A stretch of 40,000 bases of DNA from Bacillus vallismortis (GTDB lineage: Bacteria; Bacillota; Bacilli; Bacillales; Bacillaceae): contig NZ_CP026362.1 in the NCBI RefSeq assembly GCF_004116955.1, positions 2,163,677-2,203,676 of the forward strand, given 5' to 3'. Positions 1 to 9,368 of the stretch are shown piece after piece. Within the stretch, counting starts at the first letter, position 1; every line of letters starts with the position of its first letter. A program made the translations under genes and the position numbers. Below the pieces are notes generated by a model. The model worked only from the letters and a program-made list of their open reading frames with translations. It was not told where the DNA came from and did no database searches.

Positions 1-1
1 G

Positions 2-109
2 AGGCGTGTGAAGTTAGTTGATTACGGAAAGTTTGGCCTTTCCGGGTATTCGCTTCGGGTGAGGGAGCGCAGTGCAGGTATATTAAAAAAGTTGAAGAAG
101 AAGAAATAA
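2..109 (+). CDS. 3' end of an unidentified CDS entering from the left edge (35 codons, ...GKFGLSGYSLRVRERSAGILKKLKKKK*)
   Basis: Frame 2 is the only open frame on the plus strand. It ends at TAA 107-109, directly before a terminator hairpin. I recognise no homology. Confidence 0.2.
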   Translation, partial: RRVKLVDYGKFGLSGYSLRVRERSAGILKKLKKKK

Positions 110-133
110 ATCCCGGAAACTCCGGGATTTTTT
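110..133. terminator. Bidirectional rho-independent terminator between the left-edge ORF and xlyA
   Basis: Stem ATCCCGGA / TCCGGGAT with loop AAC, followed by TTTTT on the plus strand and by a T-rich tract on the minus strand. Confidence 0.6.
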
Positions 134-140
134 GCTGTGA

Positions 141-1034
141 TTAGCTTAATTGCGCTGCAATCTTCGCTTTAGTCGCCGGTCCGTAAATACCGTCGGCCGC
201 TAAACCGTTAACAGACTGGAAACGCGCAATCGCATCAGCCGTTTTCGGTCCGTAAATGCCATCAATTCCGTTGTCGGCAGCTTCTTTATCAGGGTAAAAA
301 TGAAGAGCGGCCAGTGCTCGCTGCACCTGAAAGACGTGTTCCCCTGAGGTGTAAGGCGTTGTCAGTTTGATGATACCGTCCGGGAGCGGATAAAGCTCTG
401 GTTCTTCAGCGTTCGATGGCGCACTTACAAGTAACACTTGACCGACCTGAATGAGATTCGGGTCTTCAATATGATTCCATTCTTGCAGCTGAGCAACAGT
501 CACACCGAACGCTCTCGCTATGGAGGTAAGCGTGTCACCCTGTTTCACGACATAGGTTTGGCTGCCGCCTCCCCCAATCCCTGCTTTAAATGTATCCCAC
601 GTAGCCAACAGCCGGCGCGGACATTCCTTCCCAGACCAGTACTTATGAGGGACGACATTGGCAAGACTGATCTTGTGCTCAGCCATTAATGTTTTGATAA
701 GCCACTGGGCATTTGCTGTTGCTTGTGCGAAATCTCCATCCGCATTTTCACAAATTTCAATCCCGATAGAAGCCCGGTTGCCGCTGCCGTTTCCGTCTCC
801 CGCATGCCAGCCGTTTTCATTTAATGGCAAATGCTGATAAATGTCTGTATCATCAACAGTAAAATGCCAGCTTGTCGCCGTATCAGGATTTTTCAAATAG
901 CGGGCATGCGCCTCAGCATCCGCTCCGGGTGCAGTGTTCGCTGTATTATGAACTGTAATAAAAAGCGGTGTCATGAGGTAGCCAGGACGGTTATTTGCCC
1001 CGACTGGAATAAAGTCTTGAATCACGTTCAGCAT
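141..1034 (-). CDS. xlyA: N-acetylmuramoyl-L-alanine amidase (PBSX endolysin)
   Basis: Track ORF 141..1040. Amidase_2 motif GWHAGDGNGSGNRASIGIEICEN, a LysM (YVVKQGDTLTSIARAFGV), and C-terminal PG-binding repeats (GIDGIYGPKT, DGIYGPATK). Start moved to ATG 1034 (AAGGAGAG-N6-ATG), giving 297 aa. Confidence 0.93.
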   Translation of the reverse strand: MLNVIQDFIPVGANNRPGYLMTPLFITVHNTANTAPGADAEAHARYLKNPDTATSWHFTVDDTDIYQHLPLNENGWHAGDGNGSGNRASIGIEICENADGDFAQATANAQWLIKTLMAEHKISLANVVPHKYWSGKECPRRLLATWDTFKAGIGGGGSQTYVVKQGDTLTSIARAFGVTVAQLQEWNHIEDPNLIQVGQVLLVSAPSNAEEPELYPLPDGIIKLTTPYTSGEHVFQVQRALAALHFYPDKEAADNGIDGIYGPKTADAIARFQSVNGLAADGIYGPATKAKIAAQLS

Positions 1035-1046
1035 GTTCAACTCTCC

Positions 1047-1310
1047 TTATTTCGTCAAATTATTTTCCTTTAACAAGTCACGCTGTTTTTTCCCTTTTTC
1101 TGTTACATAGTTGTTTTTAAACCAAGCGGCTAGTGTCGTTCCAATTGTAAAAATGAGAGAGACTGCAGTATAGAGAGCGTCCGCAAGCTGATTGACCTGC
1201 TCCTCCTGAATGCCCAATGGTGATTTGCCAAACATCAGCATGGTTTGGTTAATGAATGCAACCAAAAGAAGCACCGTCCTGATGACCGTGCCTTTGTCAT
1301 ACGTTTTCAT
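1047..1310 (-). CDS. xhlB: Holin
   Basis: Track ORF 1047..1316. Small two-TM protein ([31 protein letters not shown]) between xhlA and xlyA. The SD AAAGGAGG favours the second ATG, giving 87 aa. Confidence 0.88.
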   Translation of the reverse strand: MKTYDKGTVIRTVLLLVAFINQTMLMFGKSPLGIQEEQVNQLADALYTAVSLIFTIGTTLAAWFKNNYVTEKGKKQRDLLKENNLTK

Positions 1311-1325
1311 ATTCATAATCCTCCT

Positions 1326-1595
1326 TTACTGCTGCAGCAGGTTGTACATAATCGCGATGGCTCCGCCAATGATCCCTGTGCATACCGCTGTAATCATGGC
1401 ACCTGTGATGGTGCGTTTAATCCACGTTGTATTTTCATCAATTTTATTTAATTTCTCGTTCAGCGTCATGATCTGCTGATCTTGCCGGTCAGACACGCGT
1501 TCTAATACGGAAACCCGCTGCTCAAGCGCTTTGTGTTCACCCTTTATGTCTGTTAAATCTTGCTGAAACACATTCACATCAACTTCTTGCTGCAT
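1326..1595 (-). CDS. xhlA: Membrane-associated lysis protein acting with the holin
   Basis: 89 aa. Coiled-coil N-terminus and a C-terminal TM segment (ITGAMITAVCTGIIGGAIAIMY). SD AAGGGGGAG-N6-ATG. Lies in the PBSX lysis-cassette position. Confidence 0.88.
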   Translation of the reverse strand: MQQEVDVNVFQQDLTDIKGEHKALEQRVSVLERVSDRQDQQIMTLNEKLNKIDENTTWIKRTITGAMITAVCTGIIGGAIAIMYNLLQQ

Positions 1596-1647
1596 GACTC
1601 ACTCCCCCTTTACATACGGATCACCTCCCTTCCGAGGGCCGAAATGG

Positions 1648-2487
1648 TTACGAAACCACAGTTCCCTTTACTGAAAGAATCCCGCCTGTGATATTGGCAA
1701 TCTCCATGATAATCTCCTTAAACCCTTTAATATCAAAGGCCCACGCCTCAGCTTTCCCTAACGTACCCAAGGCAGTGGACGCATCCTCGGATTTCACGCC
1801 TCTTATCGGAAGTTTCTGCCCCGACAGCGATTTACCCCAAAACTTCACCTCACTCGTTTCCGCTGTGCCGTATACTTCAACGAGTAAATGCTCGGCACCG
1901 TTCACAAGTAAAGCAGCACCTTCGCCGGCGGAATCGGCATTTTCATGAAAGACAAAGTCAAACGTGTTGCCGGCTTTTACTTTCAGCAAGCCATCGTCTG
2001 TCTGAATCGTCGAAAAGTCAACCTGCAAAGGGGCTTTTTCACTTACTCGCACATCCATTTCTCCCGCGCCTACTGATTGATAGACTGCAAATTCCGATTG
2101 CTGAAGGTTCCCATTTACATAACGGAAGCGGTAATAGCGTTTAGACAGATATACCCAGTCCGTCTCCGTCAGGACACCAGCTGAGACATTAACTGCTGCT
2201 GTCGTTGTCCAAACATTGTTATTCTCGCTTTCTTCCACAAAGAGCGTGCCTTCGCGATCAGCATACGCCCAGCCCTTTACTTTCGAAATCAGAACGGCGC
2301 CCAGTCTGTCTTGTCCGAGCTGACTATATGCCTCAGTTGCCTTTAAGGCAGCGTTCGTTAAAATCTCCGCAACACCTGACAAATTCGAAACAGGTGTCAC
2401 AAAATCATTTTTCTCTCCTCTGTAGGGCTTTACAGCTCCGGCTTTTCCAGTCTTATCGAGAGGAAATTCGTATTGATACTTCACCAT
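1648..2487 (-). CDS. xepA: PBSX exported/lysis-associated protein XepA
   Basis: Track ORF 1648..2493. Position between xkdX and xhlA. Second ATG chosen (AAGGAGG-N6-ATG), giving 279 aa. Confidence 0.88.
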   Translation of the reverse strand: MVKYQYEFPLDKTGKAGAVKPYRGEKNDFVTPVSNLSGVAEILTNAALKATEAYSQLGQDRLGAVLISKVKGWAYADREGTLFVEESENNNVWTTTAAVNVSAGVLTETDWVYLSKRYYRFRYVNGNLQQSEFAVYQSVGAGEMDVRVSEKAPLQVDFSTIQTDDGLLKVKAGNTFDFVFHENADSAGEGAALLVNGAEHLLVEVYGTAETSEVKFWGKSLSGQKLPIRGVKSEDASTALGTLGKAEAWAFDIKGFKEIIMEIANITGGILSVKGTVVS

Positions 2488-2530
2488 CTTCATCCTCCTT
2501 TTGTTCTAAAAACAGGCAAAATAAAAAAGC

Positions 2531-2695
2531 CTACATGGCTTTACCGGTAATTTCTTTATACTGGTCAGGAGTAATCAGCTTTTTGTTCACACCCTCTGCC
2601 AGATCCTCAATTGAACAGTCTTGATATGCGATGGCCTGTCTCACCATCTCCGTTGTCGCCCACTCAAAATGCAAGGCAAGCACCCAATAATTCAT
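2531..2695 (-). CDS. xkdX: XkdX-family small phage protein (54 aa), not in the ORF track because it is under 60 aa
   Basis: Hand translation: MNYWVLALHFEWATTEMVRQAIAYQDCSIEDLAEGVNKKLITPDQYKEITGKAM*. The ATG overlaps the xkdW stop (ATGA). The C-terminal ITxxQYKEITG motif is typical of the XkdX family. Confidence 0.75.
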   Translation of the reverse strand: MNYWVLALHFEWATTEMVRQAIAYQDCSIEDLAEGVNKKLITPDQYKEITGKAM

Positions 2696-3021
2696 TCGGC
2701 ATGATCTCCTTTCAAGGAAAGTAATGAAAGCTTGATATCTGACAGCTCGCTCCCCAATGTTTTGTTCAACTCTTCAAGCTGCTTGCGAGCCAGCTTTTCC
2801 TGCGACAATGCCTGAGCAAGAAACTCAATCTGATTAGGCGGATCGTACGGCGGATTTTTTCGTGATTCCTCCCACCAGGATTCGAGTTCTTTTTGCGTTG
2901 GGATGGGGGTGCGCAGGTTCCATTCAGCTATATAAGACCCTTCCCCGTCATTTTGAACGATAAAATCTTTTGTTGGATCTGTATTGGGATATTTATACAT
3001 GATTGCTTCTGCGATCATCAT
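2692..3021 (-). CDS. xkdW: PBSX protein XkdW (tail-fibre associated, function unknown)
   Basis: Track ORF, 109 aa, immediately downstream of the tail-fibre gene. SD AGGAGG. The second ATG at 3018 is equally possible. Confidence 0.85.
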   Translation of the reverse strand: MMIAEAIMYKYPNTDPTKDFIVQNDGEGSYIAEWNLRTPIPTQKELESWWEESRKNPPYDPPNQIEFLAQALSQEKLARKQLEELNKTLGSELSDIKLSLLSLKGDHAE

Positions 3022-3035
3022 TTTTCCTCCTATAC

Positions 3036-5093
3036 TTATACTGTAGGATAGTTAAGCCCTCCAATTTCTTGAATGTTTATAAAATTGTATGCCTCGTTAT
3101 AATCGGATACACCTCTTCTATCACTACCACCATAGTTGCAATAGCAATAGATCTCTATATAATCACCTTTGTTCATAGGAACAGTTACATAACCATTTAA
3201 GCCAAGGTACATTTCATTTTGCTTATCAACAAAATCCCCTCTCTTATGGTCAACCGGTTTATACAATGATCCATTTAGATAGAGTTTCAAATGAAAATTG
3301 ATGTATGCCGGTGTATTTATCATATACAGCCCAACTCCTACTAAAAACATTCCATCATTAGGAGCAACGAATCTACTATTTTTTGTATCAAAAGCATTGT
3401 GACTGTCTTTAATTTTCCGATTAAACTGAATCTTTGTATGGGCTGCTTTATCCAAATACTGAATACCCGTAGTTCCTATATTCGCATGTGCAAACCCAGA
3501 AATTTTATGCCAAGCTGTCCAGCCGGAACCAGTCCACCAGTGCCGTATCCATGTTCCAGTACTATGAATGTAACTGTCAGATTCATTTCCAGTCCCATAA
3601 AAATATTGAGTAAATCTATAATCATGATATTTCTCATTTTTTACGATTCCGTAACCAAATGGATAACCCGTAGTATTTCCTTGACCAACATCCATTAGTG
3701 TTAGCCCTCGGGGATATTCATTTCCTCCAGTTCTTGCGTCTTGAATTGCATTAGAGCCTGTAAGTATCGTTAAATTTTGATTTGTATAATTTGTATCAAC
3801 ATAGTTTTTAGCATCAGCTAAGGCTTTATCTGCTTTACTTTGTGAACCTTCTGATGTTTCTAACACATACCAATCAGAATAATCAGTACTATTAACAGCT
3901 ACCCTCGTATAAAGAGTTTTCGTAGAGATGCTAAACCAATCTTGGCGTGTAGCCCATTTATTTGCAGAAGGATAGATAATTAGTAAACCTGTTCTGTTAT
4001 CATTGCTCGGAAATTGATTTTGCAAAACTGGATTAGCTACCATGTAATTAGTGTCTAAGCGATAAGTGCCCGGCGGCAGGCTCAGATCATTCGCATCGGT
4101 TATTGAATTTAATGGTCTAGTAATAAAGGCTGTACTGTTCGTATAATTTCTTGATTGGTTCAAAGCAGTATCAGCTTTTTTTTGCGCACCATCAGGCGTT
4201 TCCTGCTTAACATTTTCAACATTTCCGAGACCCACTTGCTGCTTAGTAACTGAATGTGGATTAGTTTTATCATTATTATGAATATCTAATCCAGATTGTA
4301 CTTTATCCACAATATCCGTTGTTGCAATTTGTTTCCAGCCTCTAAACTCACCGTTTGTGTGAACCATTCCAATCCACATTGTAATTCCCCAACTCTGATA
4401 AGCTACTATCGTTTTCCTTCCTGCAACACCTTCTATGATATCGTAGTTATACCAAGATGCATCTCCTTCCACCGGATTGTTTACGACTGATTTACCAACC
4501 CCATAATAAAATCCAGTAGGTAGCGTTAAGATATCAGTACTTTCTGGGATTAGTGTTCTTTTACCATCATCTCCAGTAAGTTTAATTAGTTGTGCAGCAT
4601 TCCATTTATTTCTTTCATTATCAGATATATGAGACTTAGTATTACTTACATGAGCATCAAAATCTGTTTGCGAAGCTTGTTTCACATTTTCTACATTTCC
4701 AAGTCCAATTTGTGCTTTTGTTACTTGGTTAGGGTTATCCCTCCGTGCAGCAAAACTGTCTGTATAGGCTTTGGCATTTGCTTCTGCTTGAGCTGCTTTA
4801 ACCTGAGCTCCAACTGGTGTTTCTTTCGCATTCCATTCACCACGTTCTGCTGATGTAATATGGCGCACCTGATCTTGCTCATGCTTGTCAAAATCCTTCT
4901 TCGCCGCCTGCTGCACGTTTTCCACATTCCCCAGCCCGACTTGCGCCTTTGTTGTGTTGTGGGGGTTGTTCATGTCGTTTTTGTGGGCTGCCAGGTCTGT
5001 GTGGGCGTCTTTTATGCCTTTTTCCCAGCGGTTGACGTCATCTTCGTTGATTGGATCATCCGGGAGCCAGTCTGTTTTTTCTTCGTATGCCAT
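3036..5093 (-). CDS. xkdV: Tail fibre / receptor-binding protein, 685 aa
   Basis: Three NPxxxTKxQ(V/I)GLGNVENV collar repeats, repeated GAQxKA..AKxY motifs, and a C-terminal C1q-like domain. SD GAGGTGGTG-N5-ATG. Confidence 0.9.
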   Translation of the reverse strand: MAYEEKTDWLPDDPINEDDVNRWEKGIKDAHTDLAAHKNDMNNPHNTTKAQVGLGNVENVQQAAKKDFDKHEQDQVRHITSAERGEWNAKETPVGAQVKAAQAEANAKAYTDSFAARRDNPNQVTKAQIGLGNVENVKQASQTDFDAHVSNTKSHISDNERNKWNAAQLIKLTGDDGKRTLIPESTDILTLPTGFYYGVGKSVVNNPVEGDASWYNYDIIEGVAGRKTIVAYQSWGITMWIGMVHTNGEFRGWKQIATTDIVDKVQSGLDIHNNDKTNPHSVTKQQVGLGNVENVKQETPDGAQKKADTALNQSRNYTNSTAFITRPLNSITDANDLSLPPGTYRLDTNYMVANPVLQNQFPSNDNRTGLLIIYPSANKWATRQDWFSISTKTLYTRVAVNSTDYSDWYVLETSEGSQSKADKALADAKNYVDTNYTNQNLTILTGSNAIQDARTGGNEYPRGLTLMDVGQGNTTGYPFGYGIVKNEKYHDYRFTQYFYGTGNESDSYIHSTGTWIRHWWTGSGWTAWHKISGFAHANIGTTGIQYLDKAAHTKIQFNRKIKDSHNAFDTKNSRFVAPNDGMFLVGVGLYMINTPAYINFHLKLYLNGSLYKPVDHKRGDFVDKQNEMYLGLNGYVTVPMNKGDYIEIYCYCNYGGSDRRGVSDYNEAYNFINIQEIGGLNYPTV

Positions 5094-5095
5094 GG

Positions 5096-5368
5096 TTACA
5101 CCACCTCAAAAGTAAATCTGAAATCGAGTGTTCTGTTTTCGCTGACGTCCAGGTCTGTTTTTCTCTCTGTGATCACGTTGCCCAGTTCGTCAAAAATTTG
5201 CACCGTTTCGATATGTTTGATGTCTTCCTCACGTTTTGTCAGAACGGTGACTGTCGCTCCGTCAATGGTGAGTTCTACTATTTCTGTTTTTTGTCCGTTC
5301 AGCAGCACGTGATCAATTCTGCTTTTTAAATCTGCCGCTGTACGTTCTCTGTATATGGTTGAAATCAA
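5096..5368 (-). CDS. Small baseplate/tail-fibre-proximal protein (90 aa)
   Basis: Track ORF. TTG start with SD GAGGTGG-N7. Overlaps the xkdU stop (TTGA) and ends 2 nt before the xkdV ATG, so it appears translationally coupled. Confidence 0.7.
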   Translation of the reverse strand: MISTIYRERTAADLKSRIDHVLLNGQKTEIVELTIDGATVTVLTKREEDIKHIETVQIFDELGNVITERKTDLDVSENRTLDFRFTFEVV

Positions 5369-5943
5369 GTTAAAACCACCTCATTGTTGTTAAGGGTGAC
5401 CGAATAACCGACCTTCAGCTCACTGGCTGTTCGGTATCTGCGGTTATTCAGGATGACTGTGTCTTTGATTTGTAGCGTCTCGTTCAATCCGCCTCTGAGC
5501 GTATACGCCAAATGAGCGGGCTTCATGTTTTCTATCGCTTCAATCAGCTCATTCATGTGCTGAAGGTCATCAACATTGATATCCACATTAAATCGGTATT
5601 CGCCGGGCAGCAGGCGGACCTGTGCAGAGGGGTTCTTCAAGAAACGATTCACCGCCTGCTCAATGGCCTTGTAGGTGATTGGCGGAATGTTCGACATTTT
5701 TGAAATGAGACGCAGTCGCCTGATCTCATCCGTATCGCCTGATTCCCGCGGGACGTTTAAAATCTTTTCCCAGCGGCTGAGCCCCCATGTCGCTGTCGGC
5801 ACAAATAGCTGATCAGTCAGATCAAAGATGCTGTGATTCTGTTGATCAAACTCAGGCGCCTCCGCTTTCAACAGCTCAGCCATTTCTTTCAGGCTGGTGA
5901 GAAACGGCGGCAGATACGCTGTCATGTCATCTTGTTTGCTCAA
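5365..5943 (-). CDS. xkdU: Baseplate protein (P2 gpI-like)
   Basis: Track ORF, 192 aa, TTG start. Synteny after the baseplate-J gene. Confidence 0.82.
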   Translation of the reverse strand: MSKQDDMTAYLPPFLTSLKEMAELLKAEAPEFDQQNHSIFDLTDQLFVPTATWGLSRWEKILNVPRESGDTDEIRRLRLISKMSNIPPITYKAIEQAVNRFLKNPSAQVRLLPGEYRFNVDINVDDLQHMNELIEAIENMKPAHLAYTLRGGLNETLQIKDTVILNNRRYRTASELKVGYSVTLNNNEVVLT

Positions 5944-6973
5944 TGATGTTCACCTGCCCAAGCTTCGGAATTTCCACGTCGCTCAGCACGAGATTTTCCG
6001 AGGTTCCATTGATTTTAATATTGGAATAATCACTGACTGACGGTGAATTATAGACGATATTGTTAATTTGAGAAAGGCGGATGACGTTCTCTTCAAACGC
6101 CATTTTCTTAAAGAGGTTTAAAACCCCCTCTTTGATTTCCGACTTTACTTCTTCAATTGAGTGATTGATCTCAGGCAGCACTTCGGCAGAAATCTCAACT
6201 TCCTTCCAGACCGCGCTTTCGACTGTGACATAGGCTCCAATTGGCGCCTGTCCCTCACCCTGTCCCGGTTCAGGATCAATATAATCTTTCACTTTTTGTA
6301 TCAAGATATCGGAAGCGGGCTCAAGATTCACATTCGTGACGACGATTTTGACCGTGCCCTCTCCCTTCCAAAGCGGAAAGATCTTTGCTTTCCCAATACC
6401 GTCCACCTCTTCAGCCCACTCTTTATAGTGCATTTTGTTAGCGCTGACAGCCTCGCGCCGAACTCTTGTAAAATACCGTTCTCTTAGGCTGTCGTCTCCT
6501 TCTTCCTCTCGACCCGGGATTAGGATTTCTTTAACAATGGCTGTCTCTAATCCGGGAATGGTATCCAGCGACAATAAATTGCGTCCAGTCAGATTGGCGT
6601 TTCCCGCTTCACCAGGTGTTTCACAGATGAGCGTTCCATCTGCCGTATATTGAAAATAAAGATGATCCACATAAAAGCGGGAGCCCACAGGAATGGTAAC
6701 GCCAGACGTAAACTCTCCCGCTCTGACCGCCTTTGTCGCGGCTGTCCGTTCAATCCCCGCTTCCGCTGCGCGCCGGTCTAAAAATTCGCCTTGGGCGGTA
6801 TCAGAAAAGACCAGCTCGAGCACGGTGTCCAGCCATATATACGACTTCGCAAGCTCGGCTGCCGCCGGAGCTAACGCATTATAGATAACGCTTCCTTCTC
6901 TTGTGTCAATATCTGCGGAAATGCTGTTCAGCATGCGTTCCATAATATTTTCAAAAGTCTGCTCCTCAAACAT
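5927..6973 (-). CDS. xkdT: Baseplate J-like protein
   Basis: Track ORF 5927..6982. Start moved to ATG 6973 (GGAGGTGA-N9-ATG), giving 348 aa, the size I recall for XkdT. Confidence 0.88.
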   Translation of the reverse strand: MFEEQTFENIMERMLNSISADIDTREGSVIYNALAPAAAELAKSYIWLDTVLELVFSDTAQGEFLDRRAAEAGIERTAATKAVRAGEFTSGVTIPVGSRFYVDHLYFQYTADGTLICETPGEAGNANLTGRNLLSLDTIPGLETAIVKEILIPGREEEGDDSLRERYFTRVRREAVSANKMHYKEWAEEVDGIGKAKIFPLWKGEGTVKIVVTNVNLEPASDILIQKVKDYIDPEPGQGEGQAPIGAYVTVESAVWKEVEISAEVLPEINHSIEEVKSEIKEGVLNLFKKMAFEENVIRLSQINNIVYNSPSVSDYSNIKINGTSENLVLSDVEIPKLGQVNIIEQTR

Positions 6974-7391
6974 CTGCACCAATCACCTCCTCAATCTCAA
7001 GCGCCCCTTCATCTGTCTCCACCACAAAGGAAACATGAAACGCATCACCTTGTTTTTCTATCTCAAAATTTGTTACAGCAGATATCCGGTCGTCATAAAC
7101 CAGTGCCTCTTCAATTAGCCTCGGAATCTCCATTTTTTTATAGGCATCTGTCGTTTCATGGTCTGTCAGCACGTCCTGAAGCTCATTTCCGACATTATGG
7201 CTGTACACCGAATACGAATAGCGTTCTGTTTGTAAGGCGATATACACGAATTGTCTGATCGCTTCAAGCCCGGTAATCAGTTCATTTGTAATTCTTCCGT
7301 TTACAAAATCTATTTTGTATGTTTGCGAGGTTTCAATGACGTCACTTTCATCCTCAAAATCCTCAAACTCCATTTCTGGTGTCAGGGCCAT
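6966..7391 (-). CDS. xkdS: Baseplate wedge protein
   Basis: Track ORF 6966..7400. Start moved to ATG 7391 (AAAGGAG-N8-ATG), giving 141 aa. Confidence 0.85.
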   Translation of the reverse strand: MALTPEMEFEDFEDESDVIETSQTYKIDFVNGRITNELITGLEAIRQFVYIALQTERYSYSVYSHNVGNELQDVLTDHETTDAYKKMEIPRLIEEALVYDDRISAVTNFEIEKQGDAFHVSFVVETDEGALEIEEVIGADV

Positions 7392-7412
7392 GCCGCCCAC
7401 TCCTTTATGACA

Positions 7413-7447
7413 AGCTAAATAAAAACCCCTTCGTATGGAAGCGGTTT
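7413..7447 (-). terminator. Terminator-like hairpin inside the late operon (xkdR-xkdS spacer)
   Basis: Minus strand reads AAACCGCTTC-CATAC-GAAGGGGTTT (9 of 10 bp paired) followed by TTTTTATTT. Confidence 0.35.
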
Positions 7448-7449
7448 GT

Positions 7450-7716
7450 CTATACTTTATCTAAAATAAAAAACGATTGACCGCCAGTCAGAGCCGCGGT
7501 CATGACGCGATCCCCCGGCTCGAGTGCATCATCTTCTCCGGACTTCATCCGTTTTGGGATGATGAGAGCGTCAGCCGGTATGATCAGTTTGCTGTTTTCT
7601 TTTAATTTGATTTCAACAGGAGAAACCGAAACCACCTCAGCCGGAAGCAGCTCCACCGGAGACTCAGCGTCAACTGCACCGACGGCCAAATGTTTAATCG
7701 CCTCACTTAATCTCAT
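7450..7716 (-). CDS. xkdR: Small baseplate-assembly protein
   Basis: Track ORF, 88 aa. SD GGAAGGAG-N7-ATG. Start overlaps the xkdQ stop. Confidence 0.85.
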   Translation of the reverse strand: MRLSEAIKHLAVGAVDAESPVELLPAEVVSVSPVEIKLKENSKLIIPADALIIPKRMKSGEDDALEPGDRVMTAALTGGQSFFILDKV

Positions 7717-8693
7717 CAGGACACTCCTTCCGGCATGGTATTCTTTTCGACAACATCAATGGTCATCGTATGTTTCGTTCCTTTAAATTCGTGCCGGTCC
7801 GTATCTACCCAGTAGGTTTTCTTGATCCCGGCCTCCGGAATGGATATATAGACAGGCAAACCGCTCCTTACTTCCGGAATGCCGACCGCCTGTATATTTT
7901 TCAGCTCTTTTTTGACGCCCTTTTTTTCAGCAAGGCGCACATCTGCCCGCTGCTGCAGCTGAGCCTTGTTGATGTCATCTGTGACCGTTTCTGTATATTG
8001 AAGCACACCGTATTTGTTTACGCCTGAACTGTCCTTGGCAGACGCTTTATACGTCTTATTGTCCTTCTGCCGGCGGAGCACCACCCGTGTAGCAGTGTCG
8101 TTTATGGAAGTGCTGTACTGGTAGCCCGTGATATTGACACCCGTTTCCAGCACCCATACTTCCGACGGATCTGGCCAAGCGCGCAAGCCGAGCTTTCCTT
8201 TTTCCGAATACAGCTGATAATGTCGCCCTGTCTGGCTTTTCGTCTGTTTCAACGCTTTCAATATGATGTCATATAAGGTCGTATCATTTTTTATGACGAG
8301 GCTTTTGATCGTATGGCCTGTGTTCGCAATCGAGGTTGTCGGTATTTGAAAATCATTGGCGATCCTCCTGATCATCTGGTCGGCTCGCTGATTGGAGAAC
8401 ACGTACACGTCCTTATTTTTGACCAAGTATTGAAGCATATCATACGCGCTAAAAGCAAGCGTATGCTCGTCCGGTGTTCTTGCAAAAACAATGCCGCGAA
8501 AAAGCTCTTTTCCCTTCCACTTAAACAAGACCGTATCACCCTCAGTAACGCTGTAATACGTCTGGCCGCCCTGTTTGATGACGATGGTCGCTTCTATAGA
8601 GCGAGGCGCCTGATAACGGTGGCCTTCCAGCGATACGCTTTCTGCCACTAGCTCGAGCCACTCTGTGTCTTTAATGACAAACAGTTCTATCAT
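7716..8693 (-). CDS. xkdQ: Baseplate hub / late-control-D-like tail protein
   Basis: Track ORF 7716..8696. The ATG at 8693 has better SD spacing than the GTG at 8696, giving 325 aa. Confidence 0.85.
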   Translation of the reverse strand: MIELFVIKDTEWLELVAESVSLEGHRYQAPRSIEATIVIKQGGQTYYSVTEGDTVLFKWKGKELFRGIVFARTPDEHTLAFSAYDMLQYLVKNKDVYVFSNQRADQMIRRIANDFQIPTTSIANTGHTIKSLVIKNDTTLYDIILKALKQTKSQTGRHYQLYSEKGKLGLRAWPDPSEVWVLETGVNITGYQYSTSINDTATRVVLRRQKDNKTYKASAKDSSGVNKYGVLQYTETVTDDINKAQLQQRADVRLAEKKGVKKELKNIQAVGIPEVRSGLPVYISIPEAGIKKTYWVDTDRHEFKGTKHTMTIDVVEKNTMPEGVS

Positions 8694-8708
8694 CACACAT
8701 CACCTGTT

Positions 8709-9368
8709 TCATTGCGGTATCTTTAATTTTTGGCCGGGAAAAATCCAGTGCCCCGGCTGCCTGATGTTCCGTTTGCTCCGTTTGATCATTGCAGTTTTAT
8801 TGGCGTTCCAAATTTTGCGCCATTGCGTGCTCTTCCCATAAAACCTGCCGGCAATGTCCCACAGCGTATCTCCCTTTTTTACGGTGTAGGTTTTGGGAGA
8901 CGCCTTCGACGGGCGTTTTGCCTTAGTTTTTTTCTTCTGCTTGATTTTTCGGGGGGAAGCGGTTTTGTATTCTTTCAGGACGATATCAAAATCCCTATCT
9001 CCTATCTCTTTGTCCCCTTCACTGTATTTAAGGCTTTCAATGCTGCATGTCATATTGATTTTTGTTCCCGTAATTAAAAATTGGACAGGCTTTTTAGCCT
9101 TCATCCATTTTTCAATTTTCGCAATGGCATTCTCAGGAGACGGTAAATTTTGATATTCAGCTATCGGTGTATACTTTTTTGGAAAAAAAGAAGAAAATGA
9201 AATTTCTTTCGCTCCAGGTTCTTCAATAAACGTTAGTTCTCCCAGACCTGTAATCTTTACTGAGTCATTCTGTACACTATTTGCTATATCAATTGCTTCG
9301 GGAAGAACAGGAAACCGCAGCTTTTCCTTCCCCTGTGATATCCAAAATTCATAAACAGACTTAGTCAA
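8709..9368 (-). CDS. xkdP: LysM-domain tail protein
   Basis: C-terminal LysM ([18 protein letters not shown]...GQKLKIP). TTG start with SD AAGGGGG-N9. Overlaps the xkdO end by 8 nt. Confidence 0.85.
   Translation of the reverse strand: MTKSVYEFWISQGKEKLRFPVLPEAIDIANSVQNDSVKITGLGELTFIEEPGAKEISFSSFFPKKYTPIAEYQNLPSPENAIAKIEKWMKAKKPVQFLITGTKINMTCSIESLKYSEGDKEIGDRDFDIVLKEYKTASPRKIKQKKKTKAKRPSKASPKTYTVKKGDTLWDIAGRFYGKSTQWRKIWNANKTAMIKRSKRNIRQPGHWIFPGQKLKIPQ

Noticed and set aside
4176-4183. A8 homopolymer inside xkdV, just after the third collar repeat, as a possible phase-variation tract
   Set aside because: An 8-nt run is not unusual in 33% GC DNA, and there is no evidence of length variation from a single sequence.
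4590-5312. Several plus-strand ORFs (87, 150, 76 and 92 aa) opposite xkdV and the 90-aa gene
   Set aside because: They are Cys/Phe-rich nonsense-like translations antisense to well-supported genes, with no ribosome sites.
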